Assembly (NCBI GenBank): GCA_963833985.1
Contig: CAWIAD010000002.1
Span: 4,416,001 to 4,480,000, forward strand
DNA: 64,000 bases
Direction of reading: 5' to 3'
From: an uncultured Planctomycetaceae bacterium
Lineage (GTDB): Bacteria; Planctomycetota; Planctomycetia; Isosphaerales; Isosphaeraceae
Shown: positions 30,355 to 41,481 of the stretch, one piece after another
Position numbering within the stretch: the first letter of the stretch is position 1
Layout of the letters: every line of letters starts with the position of its first letter
The notes under the pieces: generated by a model
Databases searched by the model: none
Seen by the model: the letters and a program-made list of their open reading frames with translations, nothing else
Told to the model about the DNA's origin: nothing
Position numbers and translations under genes: made by a program

Positions 30355-31908
30355 TCACCGCCGTCGGGCGGCGCTTGCCAATTCGCCACCCTTGCTGCTT
30401 GCAATCCGGTCGCTCTGGGGCATCCGAAAGATGCTGTAGCTGTGCACACTGCCCACGCAGTCCAGGCCCCAGGAGCCGACGTGCGACTTCACGGAGGGCG
30501 AACAGGCGGCGATGAACTTCACGCCGCGGTGTCTCAGTTCGCTGAGAACAGTCTCACGATCGCCGAGCAAGAGACTCGGGTTGTCGAAATGGTGCAGCGA
30601 GCTCTCCGGGATGTCCCTGTCCAGGTCCACCGCCTCGGGCCGGCCCAGGTACACCATCAGAGCAAGGAAGTTCCACTCCTTCACTTCAAGCATGACTTTC
30701 GGCGAGGTCCGTTCCTTCAGCGGCCTCAAAACCTTGCCGAGGTCGCGTGCCTCGTAAGTGTACACATAATAGCCTTCTTGTTTCGTCAGGCCGATCGCAT
30801 CGGAGCTGATCACCAGATTCGTGGTAATCGCCAGGGCGGAGAGCAAGGCCGCAAAGACGCGCGGGTGCGGCGATCGTGCCTGCCACAATCCGTACACCGC
30901 CGCCGGCATCACGGCGACCATGAGCATCGAAGGCAAGAGCATGTAGCGCGCTTCGAACGAGAGCGGCCGTCCTCCCCTGGCATAGAGCAGGAAGAGCGCG
31001 AGGAGAAAGCCGACCAGCACCGTCCAGACGATGGTCAAGCCCTTGTCTCGAGCACTCTTCTCGAACAACAGGCCCACGCTCGAGATCATGAGGACGCCGA
31101 GGATTGGCGAGTAGCTTCGGAGAGCACCGAACAGCGCCTGCAAGACCGCCCCCGGCGAAGGAACCCACCCATTGCGTGCCCAGAGCACCGCGCTGTACTC
31201 GTTGTGCTTCGAGAAGAAAGCCGTGGGATCACCCGAGCGGGCCCAGTTCCAGAGGACCCACATGATGGGGACCGAACCCAGGATGAGCAGAGAAGCCGCA
31301 ACCCCGGCACGGGCCTGCTTCTCCCTGATCAGATCTCGAATCAGGAATGCCCCGACGAGGATGGAAGCGATCCATGCATTATAATGAAAGCCACATGCAA
31401 GTGTGAAGCAGACGCAAGCGGGAATTCGCAGATCCAGGCGATCGCTCGGGCTCGCATGGGCCTTGAGATAGATTCTGAGTCCCAGCAGCCACAGGGCGAC
31501 ATACCAGATGTCGACCATCGCCGTGGCGGAGAGCATCACGACCAGAGGGTGCGTCGCGCCCAGAACCGCGGCGAGCATGCCGCCGGCCTTGCCGCCGAAA
31601 TGCCGGCCCATCCCCCAGAGCACCGCGACCAGCAGGGTGCCGCCGAAAAACGATACGAGCCGCGAGCTCCAGAGCAGGTCTCCGGTGACCAGGGACGATC
31701 CCGCCAGGAGCACGAAGTGGAGTGGCAGCCAGATACCATTGAACCACTTTTGCGGTTCCCGGAGTCCACGGTGGGCGACCACGGTCTTGGCGAACTCGTC
31801 CGGTGAGACCGTGACGAATCCCTGCGCGTATGCCAGCAGGATCAGCAGACCCAGGATCGACATCGACGCCGCGATCTGAAAGTATCGGGATCTGAGAATA
31901 GGGATCAT
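30355..31908 (-). CDS. ArnT/PMT-like (GT-C) membrane glycosyltransferase
   Basis: PDE after the first TM helix, many TM helices, RYMLL motif. Confidence 0.65.
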   Translation of the reverse strand: MIPILRSRYFQIAASMSILGLLILLAYAQGFVTVSPDEFAKTVVAHRGLREPQKWFNGIWLPLHFVLLAGSSLVTGDLLWSSRLVSFFGGTLLVAVLWGMGRHFGGKAGGMLAAVLGATHPLVVMLSATAMVDIWYVALWLLGLRIYLKAHASPSDRLDLRIPACVCFTLACGFHYNAWIASILVGAFLIRDLIREKQARAGVAASLLILGSVPIMWVLWNWARSGDPTAFFSKHNEYSAVLWARNGWVPSPGAVLQALFGALRSYSPILGVLMISSVGLLFEKSARDKGLTIVWTVLVGFLLALFLLYARGGRPLSFEARYMLLPSMLMVAVMPAAVYGLWQARSPHPRVFAALLSALAITTNLVISSDAIGLTKQEGYYVYTYEARDLGKVLRPLKERTSPKVMLEVKEWNFLALMVYLGRPEAVDLDRDIPESSLHHFDNPSLLLGDRETVLSELRHRGVKFIAACSPSVKSHVGSWGLDCVGSVHSYSIFRMPQSDRIASSKGGELASAARRR

Positions 31909-32346
31909 GGCCCACTCGATCTCCGGAAAAATCGCTCCAGCGCCGCTCTCCGCCTCTGGAGATCCGGTCTGGTGTCCTATCTCTGGGCTGGGAAGGTCAA
32001 TGCTTCGGGTGAGCAGCGGGGGCAGTCATGCGTTGACAGTCCGGAGACGAGCCGGGGGCATGCCGAACTTCGCATGATGCCACTGCGCATATCCTGATCG
32101 GCTCGCCCCTTGGCGAAGTTCAGAAAAACACCTGAGCAAACGAAGCACATAGGTAGAAATGCGCCGGTTGCGCGGACTCATCTGCGCGGGGACGGGTGGA
32201 ACGGCTCAACCTCGCTGCTGCGCGGAGCGTGGCAACGCGGTGTGCACGATCGCCCTTCGTGGCGAGGTCTTTCTTTCCAGCACCGGCTCTCAGGTTATAA
32301 GGCTGATACGGCCGGGCGCTCGACTTCGCGTCGCTTCGCGCCTGGC

Positions 32347-33456
32347 CTACATTGCAGGGTTCTGAGCGGAGTGTTCGCGGGGACGGCGGATGTGATTGGC
32401 GATGTCTTGCAGGGAGTGGAGGCGATAGGGGAAGTGGGCGGGAGCGATGGACTCCCGGGCCAGGTCGGCGCGGAGCCTGCGACGGGCGCGGATGTTGCGG
32501 GCGCAGCGGAGGGCGTCAAGCTTGCCCAGGAAGAACGGAAGAAAGCGAAGGTGAGCCATGCGCCAGCCCGCCTGGGAGAGGACCAGGAAAGCGTGGGGGA
32601 GCACAGCGGCCGGCAACTGGCGCGCCGGCAGGTTTGACCAGAACACAATCTCGGCGTTTCGCGCCATGCGACGCTGCAATGCGGGGCGCGCATGGTCGTA
32701 AGTAGCGGAGATCTCGTGGAGGACGCGGCACCGCGCGTCAAACACGCAACGGTAGCCTGCCCAGCGCAGGCGGAAGCCCAGATCGACATCCTCGTAGTAC
32801 GAGCCCAGGAGCGGATCAAATCCACCGACCTGGCGGATCGCCTCCGCGCGGTAGAACGCGCTGGAGCCGCTGGCGGAGAACACGTCCTCCCTCGGCCGGT
32901 CTTGCCAGAGTGCGGCGGACTGGCCGTGGCCTCGCTTGGTCGGCCAGCCGGCAAGACTGTAGGCATCACCGGCCGAGTCCACCCGGCCCGGATCGCTGCG
33001 GACCAGCACCAGGGGCGCGACGGAACCGACGGTGGGCTCAGCAAACGGGGCCAGTCCAGCCTCGAGCCAGCCCTTGGTGACCTCGGTGTCATTGTTCAAG
33101 AGCTGGATGAACTGGCCGCGCGCGACCTTGAGGCCGGCATTAGCCGCGGCGCAGAATCCGCCGTTGGTCTTGCGCCGGACCAGCCGGACCAGTGGATAGT
33201 GCGAGTGCAGCCAGCGGACGGTATCGTCGCTGGATGCGTCATCCGCGACAATGATCTCGGTCCACCAGGTGCGGCCGCCGGGCAGGTGGTGAAAGACGCT
33301 GCGCAGGCACGTTTCCAGGAGCGCGCGGCCGTTGTAGGTCGGGATGACAATCGAGCACAGCGGCGCGAGCTCCGGGCCGCGGGATGGTCGAGACGTGCCG
33401 CTCAACGGCCGGCTTTCCCGGAAAACCGAGAGAGATTCCACGACACCTTCCCCCAA
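32347..33456 (-). CDS. GT2 glycosyltransferase
   Basis: SIVIPTYNG, DDASSD, LLNND, YYEDVDLGFR. Confidence 0.92.
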   Translation of the reverse strand: MGEGVVESLSVFRESRPLSGTSRPSRGPELAPLCSIVIPTYNGRALLETCLRSVFHHLPGGRTWWTEIIVADDASSDDTVRWLHSHYPLVRLVRRKTNGGFCAAANAGLKVARGQFIQLLNNDTEVTKGWLEAGLAPFAEPTVGSVAPLVLVRSDPGRVDSAGDAYSLAGWPTKRGHGQSAALWQDRPREDVFSASGSSAFYRAEAIRQVGGFDPLLGSYYEDVDLGFRLRWAGYRCVFDARCRVLHEISATYDHARPALQRRMARNAEIVFWSNLPARQLPAAVLPHAFLVLSQAGWRMAHLRFLPFFLGKLDALRCARNIRARRRLRADLARESIAPAHFPYRLHSLQDIANHIRRPREHSAQNPAM

Positions 33457-34556
33457 ACCACATGCTGGACGGTCATGAACAGGATTTTGAAATCCATCCA
33501 GAAAGACCAGCGACTCATATAATCAAGATCATATTGAATACGCTTCCGCAATGAGGTCCGCCCGCGCCAGCCGTGAACCTGGGCCCAGCCGGTCATTCCC
33601 GCGGGGACGGCGTGGCGGAGGTCGTAGTCTGGCATTGCGTGGCGAAACTGCTCCACGAACACGGGCCGCTCCGGACGCGGGCCAACCAGGCTCATATCCC
33701 CCTTGAGGACGTTGAAGAGCTGGGGCAGCTCATCGATGTTGGTGTGCCGCAGCCATTCGCCAATGCGCGTGCAGCGCGCGTCGTGGTTGGAGGCCCAGAT
33801 CGGGCCGGTTGCGGTTTCGGCGTCGGTGCGCATGCTCCGGAACTTGATGATCCGGAACCGCCGCCCCCCCTGCCCCACGCGTTCCTGCGAGTAAAACACC
33901 GGCCCGCCGGACGTCAGCAAGATCGCCAGAGCCACCGCGGTGAAGAGCGGGGACAGCAGCAGCAAGCCGAAAGCCGAGAGCAGGATGTCAGCGAGACGCT
34001 TGGCCGCGCGCGCCCGGCGGTCCGCCGAACCCCACCACGAGTCCGCGAGCAACCAGCGGGGCACGCGCGAACCCGGCCGGTGGCCGCCATGCTCTCCAGA
34101 CCGGCTCAGGGGCAAGGACGCCAGGTCCAGCCGTTCGGCATCCACGGGCACCCAATGCACCTTGACGTTGGACTTGTTAAGATGCGCCACGCGTGATAGA
34201 GGCTGACTCTTGGGTTTCTCGGGGACGGCCACGAGGACGTCGGTCGCTCGCGTGCGGTCGACCAGTTCGCGCAAGCGATCGAGTCCGCCGACGACAGGCA
34301 CGGGATCCGCTTCGGGATGAACGGGCAGGTGGCGGCCGCGCAGCTTGGGACTGGAGGTCTGGTCGTGGCCGGCATCCACGAAGCCGACAATCGTCAGCGG
34401 CCGGCTCGCATCGGCGTGCATTCGCTTGAGCAGCTTGCGAGCGTCGCGCCGGGCACCGACCACGATGATCCGGGATCGGTAGGGCTTCCGGCTGGAATCC
34501 GGACCGCCCCGCCCCCCAGCTTCCAGGGAATTCTTCATGAATTGCCACCGATCCAT
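33402..34556 (-). CDS. Polyprenyl-phosphate sugar phosphotransferase (WcaJ/WbaP-like priming GT)
   Basis: KFRSM, DELPQLFNVLKGDMSLVGPRPERP, GMTGWAQV. Confidence 0.92.
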   Translation of the reverse strand: MDRWQFMKNSLEAGGRGGPDSSRKPYRSRIIVVGARRDARKLLKRMHADASRPLTIVGFVDAGHDQTSSPKLRGRHLPVHPEADPVPVVGGLDRLRELVDRTRATDVLVAVPEKPKSQPLSRVAHLNKSNVKVHWVPVDAERLDLASLPLSRSGEHGGHRPGSRVPRWLLADSWWGSADRRARAAKRLADILLSAFGLLLLSPLFTAVALAILLTSGGPVFYSQERVGQGGRRFRIIKFRSMRTDAETATGPIWASNHDARCTRIGEWLRHTNIDELPQLFNVLKGDMSLVGPRPERPVFVEQFRHAMPDYDLRHAVPAGMTGWAQVHGWRGRTSLRKRIQYDLDYMSRWSFWMDFKILFMTVQHVVWGKVSWNLSRFSGKAGR

Positions 34557-34742
34557 CGGTCAGTTGCCCGTAGGCGGCAGGCCTTCGGGCTGCTTGTGGA
34601 CCGTGCGGCCTTCCGTGGCCGCCACGTCTTCCCACAGCTCTGATTCAAGTTTTCCATCGGCCATACCGACGGAATTCTCCAGAAAAAGCGCTTGATCGTT
34701 CGCTTCGGTACAGCTCTCCGGGGCTCGTGAAGAGGATGGCGC

Positions 34743-35876
34743 GTGAGTGCGTCGCAGATCCAATCTGACGAGGTTTCCCTTGATCCGGGTGTGCGGTTGA
34801 CGATCATCATCGTCAACTACAACGGCTGGCCCGACGTGCTGCGCCTCGTACGGGCCCTCCAGGCGGAACCCGAGTTCGCCACCGGTCAGTTCCAGATCGT
34901 CGTGGTGGACAACGCATCCTCCGGGCCAATTCCGGAACAGCTCTGGTGCTCACCTCCTCCGGGCCTCCGTGTTCTTGTCAGGCCGGATAATGGCGGTTTC
35001 GCCGCTGGCGTCAATGCCGGCTGGCGACTGGCTCAAAGCGGCTGGCTGCTCGTTCTCAATCCGGATGTGGAGATCGCGCGGGGGATGATCAGCCAGGTAC
35101 TCGAGCGGATCGAGAGGTACCAGCGCCTGCCAGGCAGGCCGCCCGGCATTGTCGGCTTTGCCCTCAAGAATCCCGACGGGTCGCTTCAGGGCTCCGTGGG
35201 CCGCTTTCCGAGCCTCTGGCGGACGATCACCGAGCAGTTCATACCGCGCTCCCGGCGGAAATACCAGGCGGGTTGGCGCATTCGATCCGGTCCGGTGGAC
35301 TGGGTCACCGGCGCCTGCATGCTCATCAACACTCGCCTGATGGCTGAACTGGGCGGCATGGACGAGGACTTCTTCCTTTACCACGAAGAAGTTGCATTCT
35401 GCCGCCGGGCCCGTGACCAGGGTTGGCACGTGGCGTACGATGCCGGCGTACAGGTCGTGCACCGACATCCCTTGCAGAATCGCTCCATTTCGCCCAAGAT
35501 GCGGGTCATCATCCGGCACAGCAAGCTGCTTTACTTTCAAAAGCACCTGCCCGGATGGCAGTTTCAGGGACTGTCGTGGATCATCTCCGTCGAGGCCGCG
35601 GTCCGCGGACAGGTGGCACGGGCGCTGGGCCGCCGGGAGGAGCGACGCGCGTGGCTCGCGATCGCGGGAATGACGCGCGGGCTCCGCAGGGGGGCGTCCA
35701 TTTGCGGGCGCGAGGTGCTTGTGCTGGCCGAATCGGTCACGCCACGGAAACCTGAACGAGCCGGCCCGGGCGCCTACCCTCCCATTCACAATGAACGGGA
35801 TCGCATGACGGCGGAGCGTCGCGGGCAGCGGGTTGCCCTCTCGCCCGCAGACGCCAATGAGAGCCGGCCGGCCTGA
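34743..35876 (+). CDS. GT2 glycosyltransferase
   Basis: IIIVNYN, VDNAS, LNPD, DWVTGACML, FFLYHEE. Confidence 0.9.
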   Translation: MSASQIQSDEVSLDPGVRLTIIIVNYNGWPDVLRLVRALQAEPEFATGQFQIVVVDNASSGPIPEQLWCSPPPGLRVLVRPDNGGFAAGVNAGWRLAQSGWLLVLNPDVEIARGMISQVLERIERYQRLPGRPPGIVGFALKNPDGSLQGSVGRFPSLWRTITEQFIPRSRRKYQAGWRIRSGPVDWVTGACMLINTRLMAELGGMDEDFFLYHEEVAFCRRARDQGWHVAYDAGVQVVHRHPLQNRSISPKMRVIIRHSKLLYFQKHLPGWQFQGLSWIISVEAAVRGQVARALGRREERRAWLAIAGMTRGLRRGASICGREVLVLAESVTPRKPERAGPGAYPPIHNERDRMTAERRGQRVALSPADANESRPA

Positions 35877-35907
35877 GGACAGGTCGGGACTGAAAGGACG
35901 GAGCCGC

Positions 35908-37479
35908 GTGACCCTGCGCCATCATCTCCTTCGCATCGGCCTGCTCATGGTGCTGGCCGCGGGCCTGCTCCATGGACTGGCCCGGCGTACCGAGGTCATG
36001 TTTGCCGACGGTCTGCGCTACGTGGCCCAGGCGCAAGCCATCGCCGGCGGCTCCTGGGGTGCGGCCCTGGCCCGGTCCGCGGACCATCCGCTCTACCCGT
36101 TCGCCATTGCGGTCCTCCATCGCCTGGCCGGCGGTTCCAGCCCCGCCGCCTGGCAGGCCGAGGCGCAGGGAGCGGCGGTGCTGGGTGGTGTGCTTCTGGT
36201 CATACCCATCTACCTCTTCGCATTCGAGCTGTACGGAGGCCAGGTCGCCTGGCTGGCGTGCGTGCTCACGTTCCTGGTACCGCTCATCAGCCACGTCTTT
36301 GCCGATGCCCTGGCCGAGAGCACGTTCCTGTTCTTCTGGACCACCGGCTGCTGGGCCGCCCTGCGATTCCTTCGCCAGGGCCGAATGAGCTGGCTGGCGG
36401 CCGCGGTGGGGATGGCCGCCCTGGCCTACCTGACGCGCCCCGAGGGCCTGCTGCTGCCCTTGGCCCTGGTGGGAACCCTGTTCCTGATGGTCCTCGTGCC
36501 GCCAGCGCGCTGGCCCTGGCAGATCTGGATCCGCGCGGTCTCGTTTCTGCTGGTCGGACCACTGCTCCTGGTCGGCCCCTACATGGCCGTGAAAGGGGGC
36601 GTCGGCACGAAGCCGGCGGTCGGCCGCCTGCTCGGTCTGGCGGCCCGGTCGCATGCGCTCGCCGTGGAGCGGGAACGCCCCCTGGACCCGCGTCAGTCGA
36701 CGGTCACAACCTATCTCATCGCCGGCCGTTCCGCCTTCCGGTCGATTGCGGTCGCCGTTCCCCCTCCCTACCTGCTGCTGGCGATCCTCAGCTTTCTGAG
36801 CAGCGGTTCGCGCCGCGGCTGGTCTCGGCCTGGTCTGTTTCTTGGCTGCATCCTCGGCGGCTGGCTGCTGGCCCTGATCCGGCTGCACGCCACGAGCGGT
36901 TACTGCACACCGCGTCATACCCTGATCTTTGCTCTGCCGGTCATCGCGGCCGGTGCCCACGGACTGAACCTCCTGGTGAACCTGCTGGCGTCCCGGCTTG
37001 TCGCCCCATCGGCCGCACGCGAACAGGCGCGGGTTCGTGTCGCCGCGCTCGCGGCGTGTCTGGGCATGCTCATCGTCGTCCAGGGCCGCGCACTCGGGGC
37101 ACCCATCAACCCGGGCTTCCGCGGGTATCGTCAAGCGGGTGAATGGCTTGCGACCCACACGCCGCACGATGCGAGGGTGCTCGACCTGAAGGGCTGGGCG
37201 CTCTTCTACGGCGGCAGGTCCGGCTATACCTTCGACGAGCTGCCGGCAGCCGAGCGCGACCATGAGCTGAGCTGGGTCGTCGCCCATGACTCCCTGCTCA
37301 TGGGCCCCTGGTTTTACTGCGACACACTCCGCAGGACGGTCGGCGGGCGATCGCCGGTGCAGTCGTTCCCCCCTCAAAAGACGCCTGGGATCGCCCAGGT
37401 TCATATCTTCAAGGTTACCGGGCCGCCGCCACGTACGGCGTCCAGCTCGACGTCGGAAATCGAATCACGCAGGCAATGA
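35908..37479 (+). CDS. GT-C-like membrane glycosyltransferase (paralogue of 39441-41066)
   Basis: FADGLRY, DHPLYP, ESTFL, LAYLTRPEG; multi-TM. Confidence 0.7.
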   Translation: MTLRHHLLRIGLLMVLAAGLLHGLARRTEVMFADGLRYVAQAQAIAGGSWGAALARSADHPLYPFAIAVLHRLAGGSSPAAWQAEAQGAAVLGGVLLVIPIYLFAFELYGGQVAWLACVLTFLVPLISHVFADALAESTFLFFWTTGCWAALRFLRQGRMSWLAAAVGMAALAYLTRPEGLLLPLALVGTLFLMVLVPPARWPWQIWIRAVSFLLVGPLLLVGPYMAVKGGVGTKPAVGRLLGLAARSHALAVERERPLDPRQSTVTTYLIAGRSAFRSIAVAVPPPYLLLAILSFLSSGSRRGWSRPGLFLGCILGGWLLALIRLHATSGYCTPRHTLIFALPVIAAGAHGLNLLVNLLASRLVAPSAAREQARVRVAALAACLGMLIVVQGRALGAPINPGFRGYRQAGEWLATHTPHDARVLDLKGWALFYGGRSGYTFDELPAAERDHELSWVVAHDSLLMGPWFYCDTLRRTVGGRSPVQSFPPQKTPGIAQVHIFKVTGPPPRTASSSTSEIESRRQ

Positions 37480-37614
37480 CGGGTCTGACGGACGAGGTTG
37501 TGGGCCATCGGCAATTCGCTATAATCCGACCGCCGCCTGGTCCTCGCTGCGCCGCGTCCACCCGGTCATCGTCGGCTCTGCTTGCCGCAGGCGGCCTCAA
37601 GGAAGAAACCGCGG

Positions 37615-39475
37615 ATGCAAGACCAGGAAGGTAGCCCCCGGGGCTGGCGATCGTCGGCAACGATCCCGACATGGGTCCTGCTGGCCATTTCGCTGGCCGT
37701 GCTGAGCGGTCTGGTGCTGCTGCGGCAAGGCAACCTGGCCTGGGACGACGCTGATTACCTGCGCCGTGGGCTGGCCGATGCACGCTATGCGCGTGCGGGT
37801 CACGCCTGGAGCGTCCTCCCCAGGCTGCTCGACCGCCTCTTGCTCGAACAGCCGAAACCGCCCTGGCTGGTCGGCTGGATCGGCATGTCGGTGCTGGCCG
37901 CCGGCCGCTCGCGGATCGACGTGCTTATTGTTCTGGGCAGCGTGCTGCCGTTCCTGCTGCTGGCGTTCTGTACCGTGATGCTTGCCCGGCGGCGGAGCGG
38001 GCCGATGGCCGGCTTGCTGGCCCTGGCCCTGCTGCTTGCCTCGCCGCGCGCCCTGTCCTTTGGCGGCAAGGTCATGGTCGAGACCTTCCTGGGCTGCTGG
38101 ACGTTGCTCGCTCTCATGATGGCCGGTGAGGCGGCCGACCGGCCCAGCCGCAGGCGAGGTCTCGCGCTCGGCGCGGCCACCGGGCTGGCGCTCCTGACAA
38201 AGCTGACCGCGGTGCTGCTCCTGGCCGGCGCCCTGATTCCCTTCCTGTGCTGGACCTTGTGGCCCGGTCCCGAGCGCCGCCCGCGCGTTCGTGGCTTCCT
38301 CTGGGCGGTCGTCGCGGCGCTTGCCGTGGCCGGCCCCTGGTACTTCCGCAATGGCCAGGCCGCCATGAACTTTGCGTCCTTCTCGGCGAGCTACAACCTG
38401 CTCGCGGAGGGGCAAGCTCGTGTGCTGGCCCCCGGCGATCGACTCGGTCAGATCCTGGGCGAACTGCCGGGCTGGCCCCTGGTCGTCCTGCTGGGCTTCC
38501 TGGGTTTTGGGATCTCGCTGCGCCGTGGCTCGGCCTCTACCTCTAGTATACGACCATCCGCAACCGCGCACGCAGGAGTCGTACGCTTCCGGGTGCTGAC
38601 CCTTGCCAGCACGGCTGCCGCCACGACCCTGCTCATGTTTCCCAGGTACTTCGACTCGCGGTTCCTTCTTCCCCTCTGGCCACCTCTGGCGGTGGCCGCT
38701 GGGGAAATGCTGGCGCCCCTGGTCCAGGGAATGACGCCCGCGCAAGGCCGGGTTCGCCCTCGCCATGGCCGGGTGCGTCACGGCGTCGTTCCTCGCCCTG
38801 GCCCGTGAGCCGGCCTCGCGCACCTGCTGGGCGGCACAGGGGTTGATCGAGGCGCTGGTGGATCAGCATGGAGCCAGGACCCTGGGCAACATCGGCAACA
38901 CGGCCGACTGGAACGTGTGCAAGACCGGTCTGATCAATGAGCTGCGCGACCATCCCGAGAGCTGCTTCGTCCTGCACGAGCTTTCGGCGGAATCGGCCGA
39001 GAGACTGCGCGACCGCCTGGCTCGGCTGGACGCCGTGGTGGTGCTGGATCCCTCGGCGTTTCCACCCGGATTTCTCGCCGCCCTGCCTGGCCTGAACCGA
39101 GCGACGGCCACGGCCCAGGCGCTCGTCGGGGCTGATCCCGAAATGGTCCGCGTGCAGGACCTGCCGCATGCGGGCCTGCCGCCCCTGGCCGTCTATGTGC
39201 GCGACCGCGGCGCCAGGGAACGCAGTCGCGTGGCGGCATACCAAGAGCGGCTGAAATCCTTCACCTGGTGTTTTCCTTCCGGGCCCGAGGGCGGCAAGCC
39301 GGTCGCGATCACCGTGACCGGCAGGAGCCCCAAACCATACGGCGACCTCATGCTTCCCTTGCTCGATGCCCGGGAAAACGCCACGAACCATGCTTCCGGC
39401 GGCCGGTCCGCCGCTGAGTATCAGACTCAAGGAGCCCGCGATGCCGGATCGGTTGGACAACCAGCCCACCCTTGA
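37615..39475 (+). CDS. ArnT-like GT-C glycosyltransferase, frameshift ~38740
   Basis: WDDADY, LALLTKL, GPWY, DSRFLLP; continues in ORF 38765-39475. Confidence 0.65.
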
Positions 39476-41066
39476 TGATCCTGTCTTTTCAACATTTGAT
39501 CGTCATTCGATTCGGATTGCGCTTTTGATAGCCGCGACGGTGGTCGTTCTGGGATGGACGCTGCGCCACACCGAGGCCAGCTTCGCCGACGGCCTGCGCT
39601 ACATCCGTCAGGCCAATGAGATCCACCGCGGAGACTGGCGTGCCGGGCTTTACGGCTCGATCGATCATCCGCTGCATCCGCTGGGCATCGTGGCGGCGCA
39701 TCACCTGGTGGCCGGGGATGATCCGGTCTCATGGCAACAAGCCGCCGTGGCGCTGGGGTTCGCCTGCCTGGTGCTGGCCGTGATCCCGATCTACCTGCTG
39801 GCCCGCGAGACCTTCGGCGACGGGTCAGCCTGGCTGGGCTGCCTGCTGGTGGTGGCCAATCCTCTGCTGGGGTCGATCCTCGCGAACGTACTGAGCGAGA
39901 GCACCTTCCTGCTCTTCTGGGCGTGGGGGCTCTGGGCGGCCATCCGGTTCCTGCGCGAGGGACGCTTCCTCTGGCTGCCCATGACGATCGGCTTTGCCGT
40001 GCTCGCGTACCTGTCGCGACCCGAGGGCCTGCTGTTGCCGCTGGTGATGATCCTGACGCTCCTGCTCTTGCCCCTGCACCGCGCGATCCGCATCGACTGG
40101 CCGCGGTGGGGCATGGCCGTGGTGTTCCTGGTGGGCGGATCGTTGCTTTTGGCCGGTCCGTACATGGCTCTCAAAGGGGGCGTTGGTACCAAGCCCGCCC
40201 TGGCGCGGGTGCTCGGACTGGCACCCAGCTCGCATCCCCAGGCACTGGAGCGCGAGCGCCCGCTGCCGCCCGGTCAGACCACCTTCCAGACCTATGTCCT
40301 GGCCACGCAGCGCATGGCCAGAGCGGTGCGCGGGGCGGTCTCGACACCGCTCCTGCCGCTGGCGCTCCTGGGCTTGATCTTGATGCCGGCCGGGCCGGCG
40401 CGGGCGCGGATCCGCCTGTTCTTGCTGACCCTGCTGGCCGCCTCGGCCGTCGGCCTTGTCCGGCTGCACGCAACCGGGGGATACTGTACAATCCGTCACG
40501 GCCTGGTTCCGGCCCTGGTCCTGATTCTGGCCGCGGCCCATGGGCTCTTCCGCCTGATGGCCTGGATATCCATTCCCGGCGGCTGGCTGGGAGCGGCCCG
40601 GGAACGCCTCCATCCCGGACCTGCCGTCTGGGCGGCCGTCCTGGCCATCCTGATCGTCGTGCCGCGGACGGCCACGGTGGGCGGCGAGATACCGGGCCCC
40701 TTCCACCTCTATCGGGACGCCGGCGCATGGCTCGGCGCCCATGTCGCAGATGGCGAGCAGGCACTCGACCTGACCGACTGGCCGCTCTATTTCAGCCAGC
40801 GCCCGGGTTATCGATTCGCCCATGTCTACGATGCCCCCACCGATCCCTCGCTGCGCTGGGTGGTCGTCCGCCGGCCGCACCTGGAAGGACACGGGAGCTA
40901 CTCGAAACGGGTACGCCAGCTCGTCGGCGATGCCAGCCCCGTGGCCGTGCTGCCGGCCAATCCCGCCCCGGGCCAGCTTCAGCTCCTGATCTTCGACCGC
41001 CGCGCCACGGCGCCGCAGGTCGCCGGGGCCCCTGCCCTCGGCGCGGAGCAGCCTGTGCGGCGATGA
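39441..41066 (+). CDS. GT-C-like membrane glycosyltransferase
   Basis: FADGLRY, DHPLHP, ESTFL, LAYLSRPEG, RLHATGGYCT. Confidence 0.72.
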   Translation: MPDRLDNQPTLDDPVFSTFDRHSIRIALLIAATVVVLGWTLRHTEASFADGLRYIRQANEIHRGDWRAGLYGSIDHPLHPLGIVAAHHLVAGDDPVSWQQAAVALGFACLVLAVIPIYLLARETFGDGSAWLGCLLVVANPLLGSILANVLSESTFLLFWAWGLWAAIRFLREGRFLWLPMTIGFAVLAYLSRPEGLLLPLVMILTLLLLPLHRAIRIDWPRWGMAVVFLVGGSLLLAGPYMALKGGVGTKPALARVLGLAPSSHPQALERERPLPPGQTTFQTYVLATQRMARAVRGAVSTPLLPLALLGLILMPAGPARARIRLFLLTLLAASAVGLVRLHATGGYCTIRHGLVPALVLILAAAHGLFRLMAWISIPGGWLGAARERLHPGPAVWAAVLAILIVVPRTATVGGEIPGPFHLYRDAGAWLGAHVADGEQALDLTDWPLYFSQRPGYRFAHVYDAPTDPSLRWVVVRRPHLEGHGSYSKRVRQLVGDASPVAVLPANPAPGQLQLLIFDRRATAPQVAGAPALGAEQPVRR

Positions 41067-41088
41067 CGCGCAACAGCGGCAAGCCGCG

Positions 41089-41445
41089 TCATGCCGGCGG
41101 GTTCAGCTTTGCAAGCGCGTCCTTGCGCGATTCGACGATGTCCAGCACGCGGTGCAGGTTCATCGACCGGAAGATGTCTTGCAGGTAGGCGCTGATCCCG
41201 TAGAAGACCACCTTGCCTTTCTGGCGGTCGATTCTCCGCTTGATGGTCACCAGGAAGCCGATCTCCGAGCTGGCGAGATAGTTCACCTCGTTGAGATCAA
41301 CAGCAATCCGCGCATCCTCGCGCGCTTCGATCAGCTTGTACAACCAGTCGCGCTGGGTCGATTGCCAGTCGTAGTTGGTTTCGGATGTCGGCTCGAAGAC
41401 GATGATCAGCACATTCCCCGTCTCGCTCGTCGTGAAGTTCAACAT
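41089..41445 (-). CDS. STAS-domain anti-sigma-factor antagonist
   Basis: VDLNEVNYLASSEIGFL...IFRSMNLHRVL. Confidence 0.85.
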   Translation of the reverse strand: MLNFTTSETGNVLIIVFEPTSETNYDWQSTQRDWLYKLIEAREDARIAVDLNEVNYLASSEIGFLVTIKRRIDRQKGKVVFYGISAYLQDIFRSMNLHRVLDIVESRKDALAKLNPPA

Positions 41446-41481
41446 CGCGGGAGCCCTTCGAGGCAGGGAGAAGAAATGCGA

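Noticed and set aside
32120..32135. Additional copy of the operator motif (TCAGAAAAACACCTGA)
   Set aside because: Spacing is one base longer and the GGRAAYT core is not matched.
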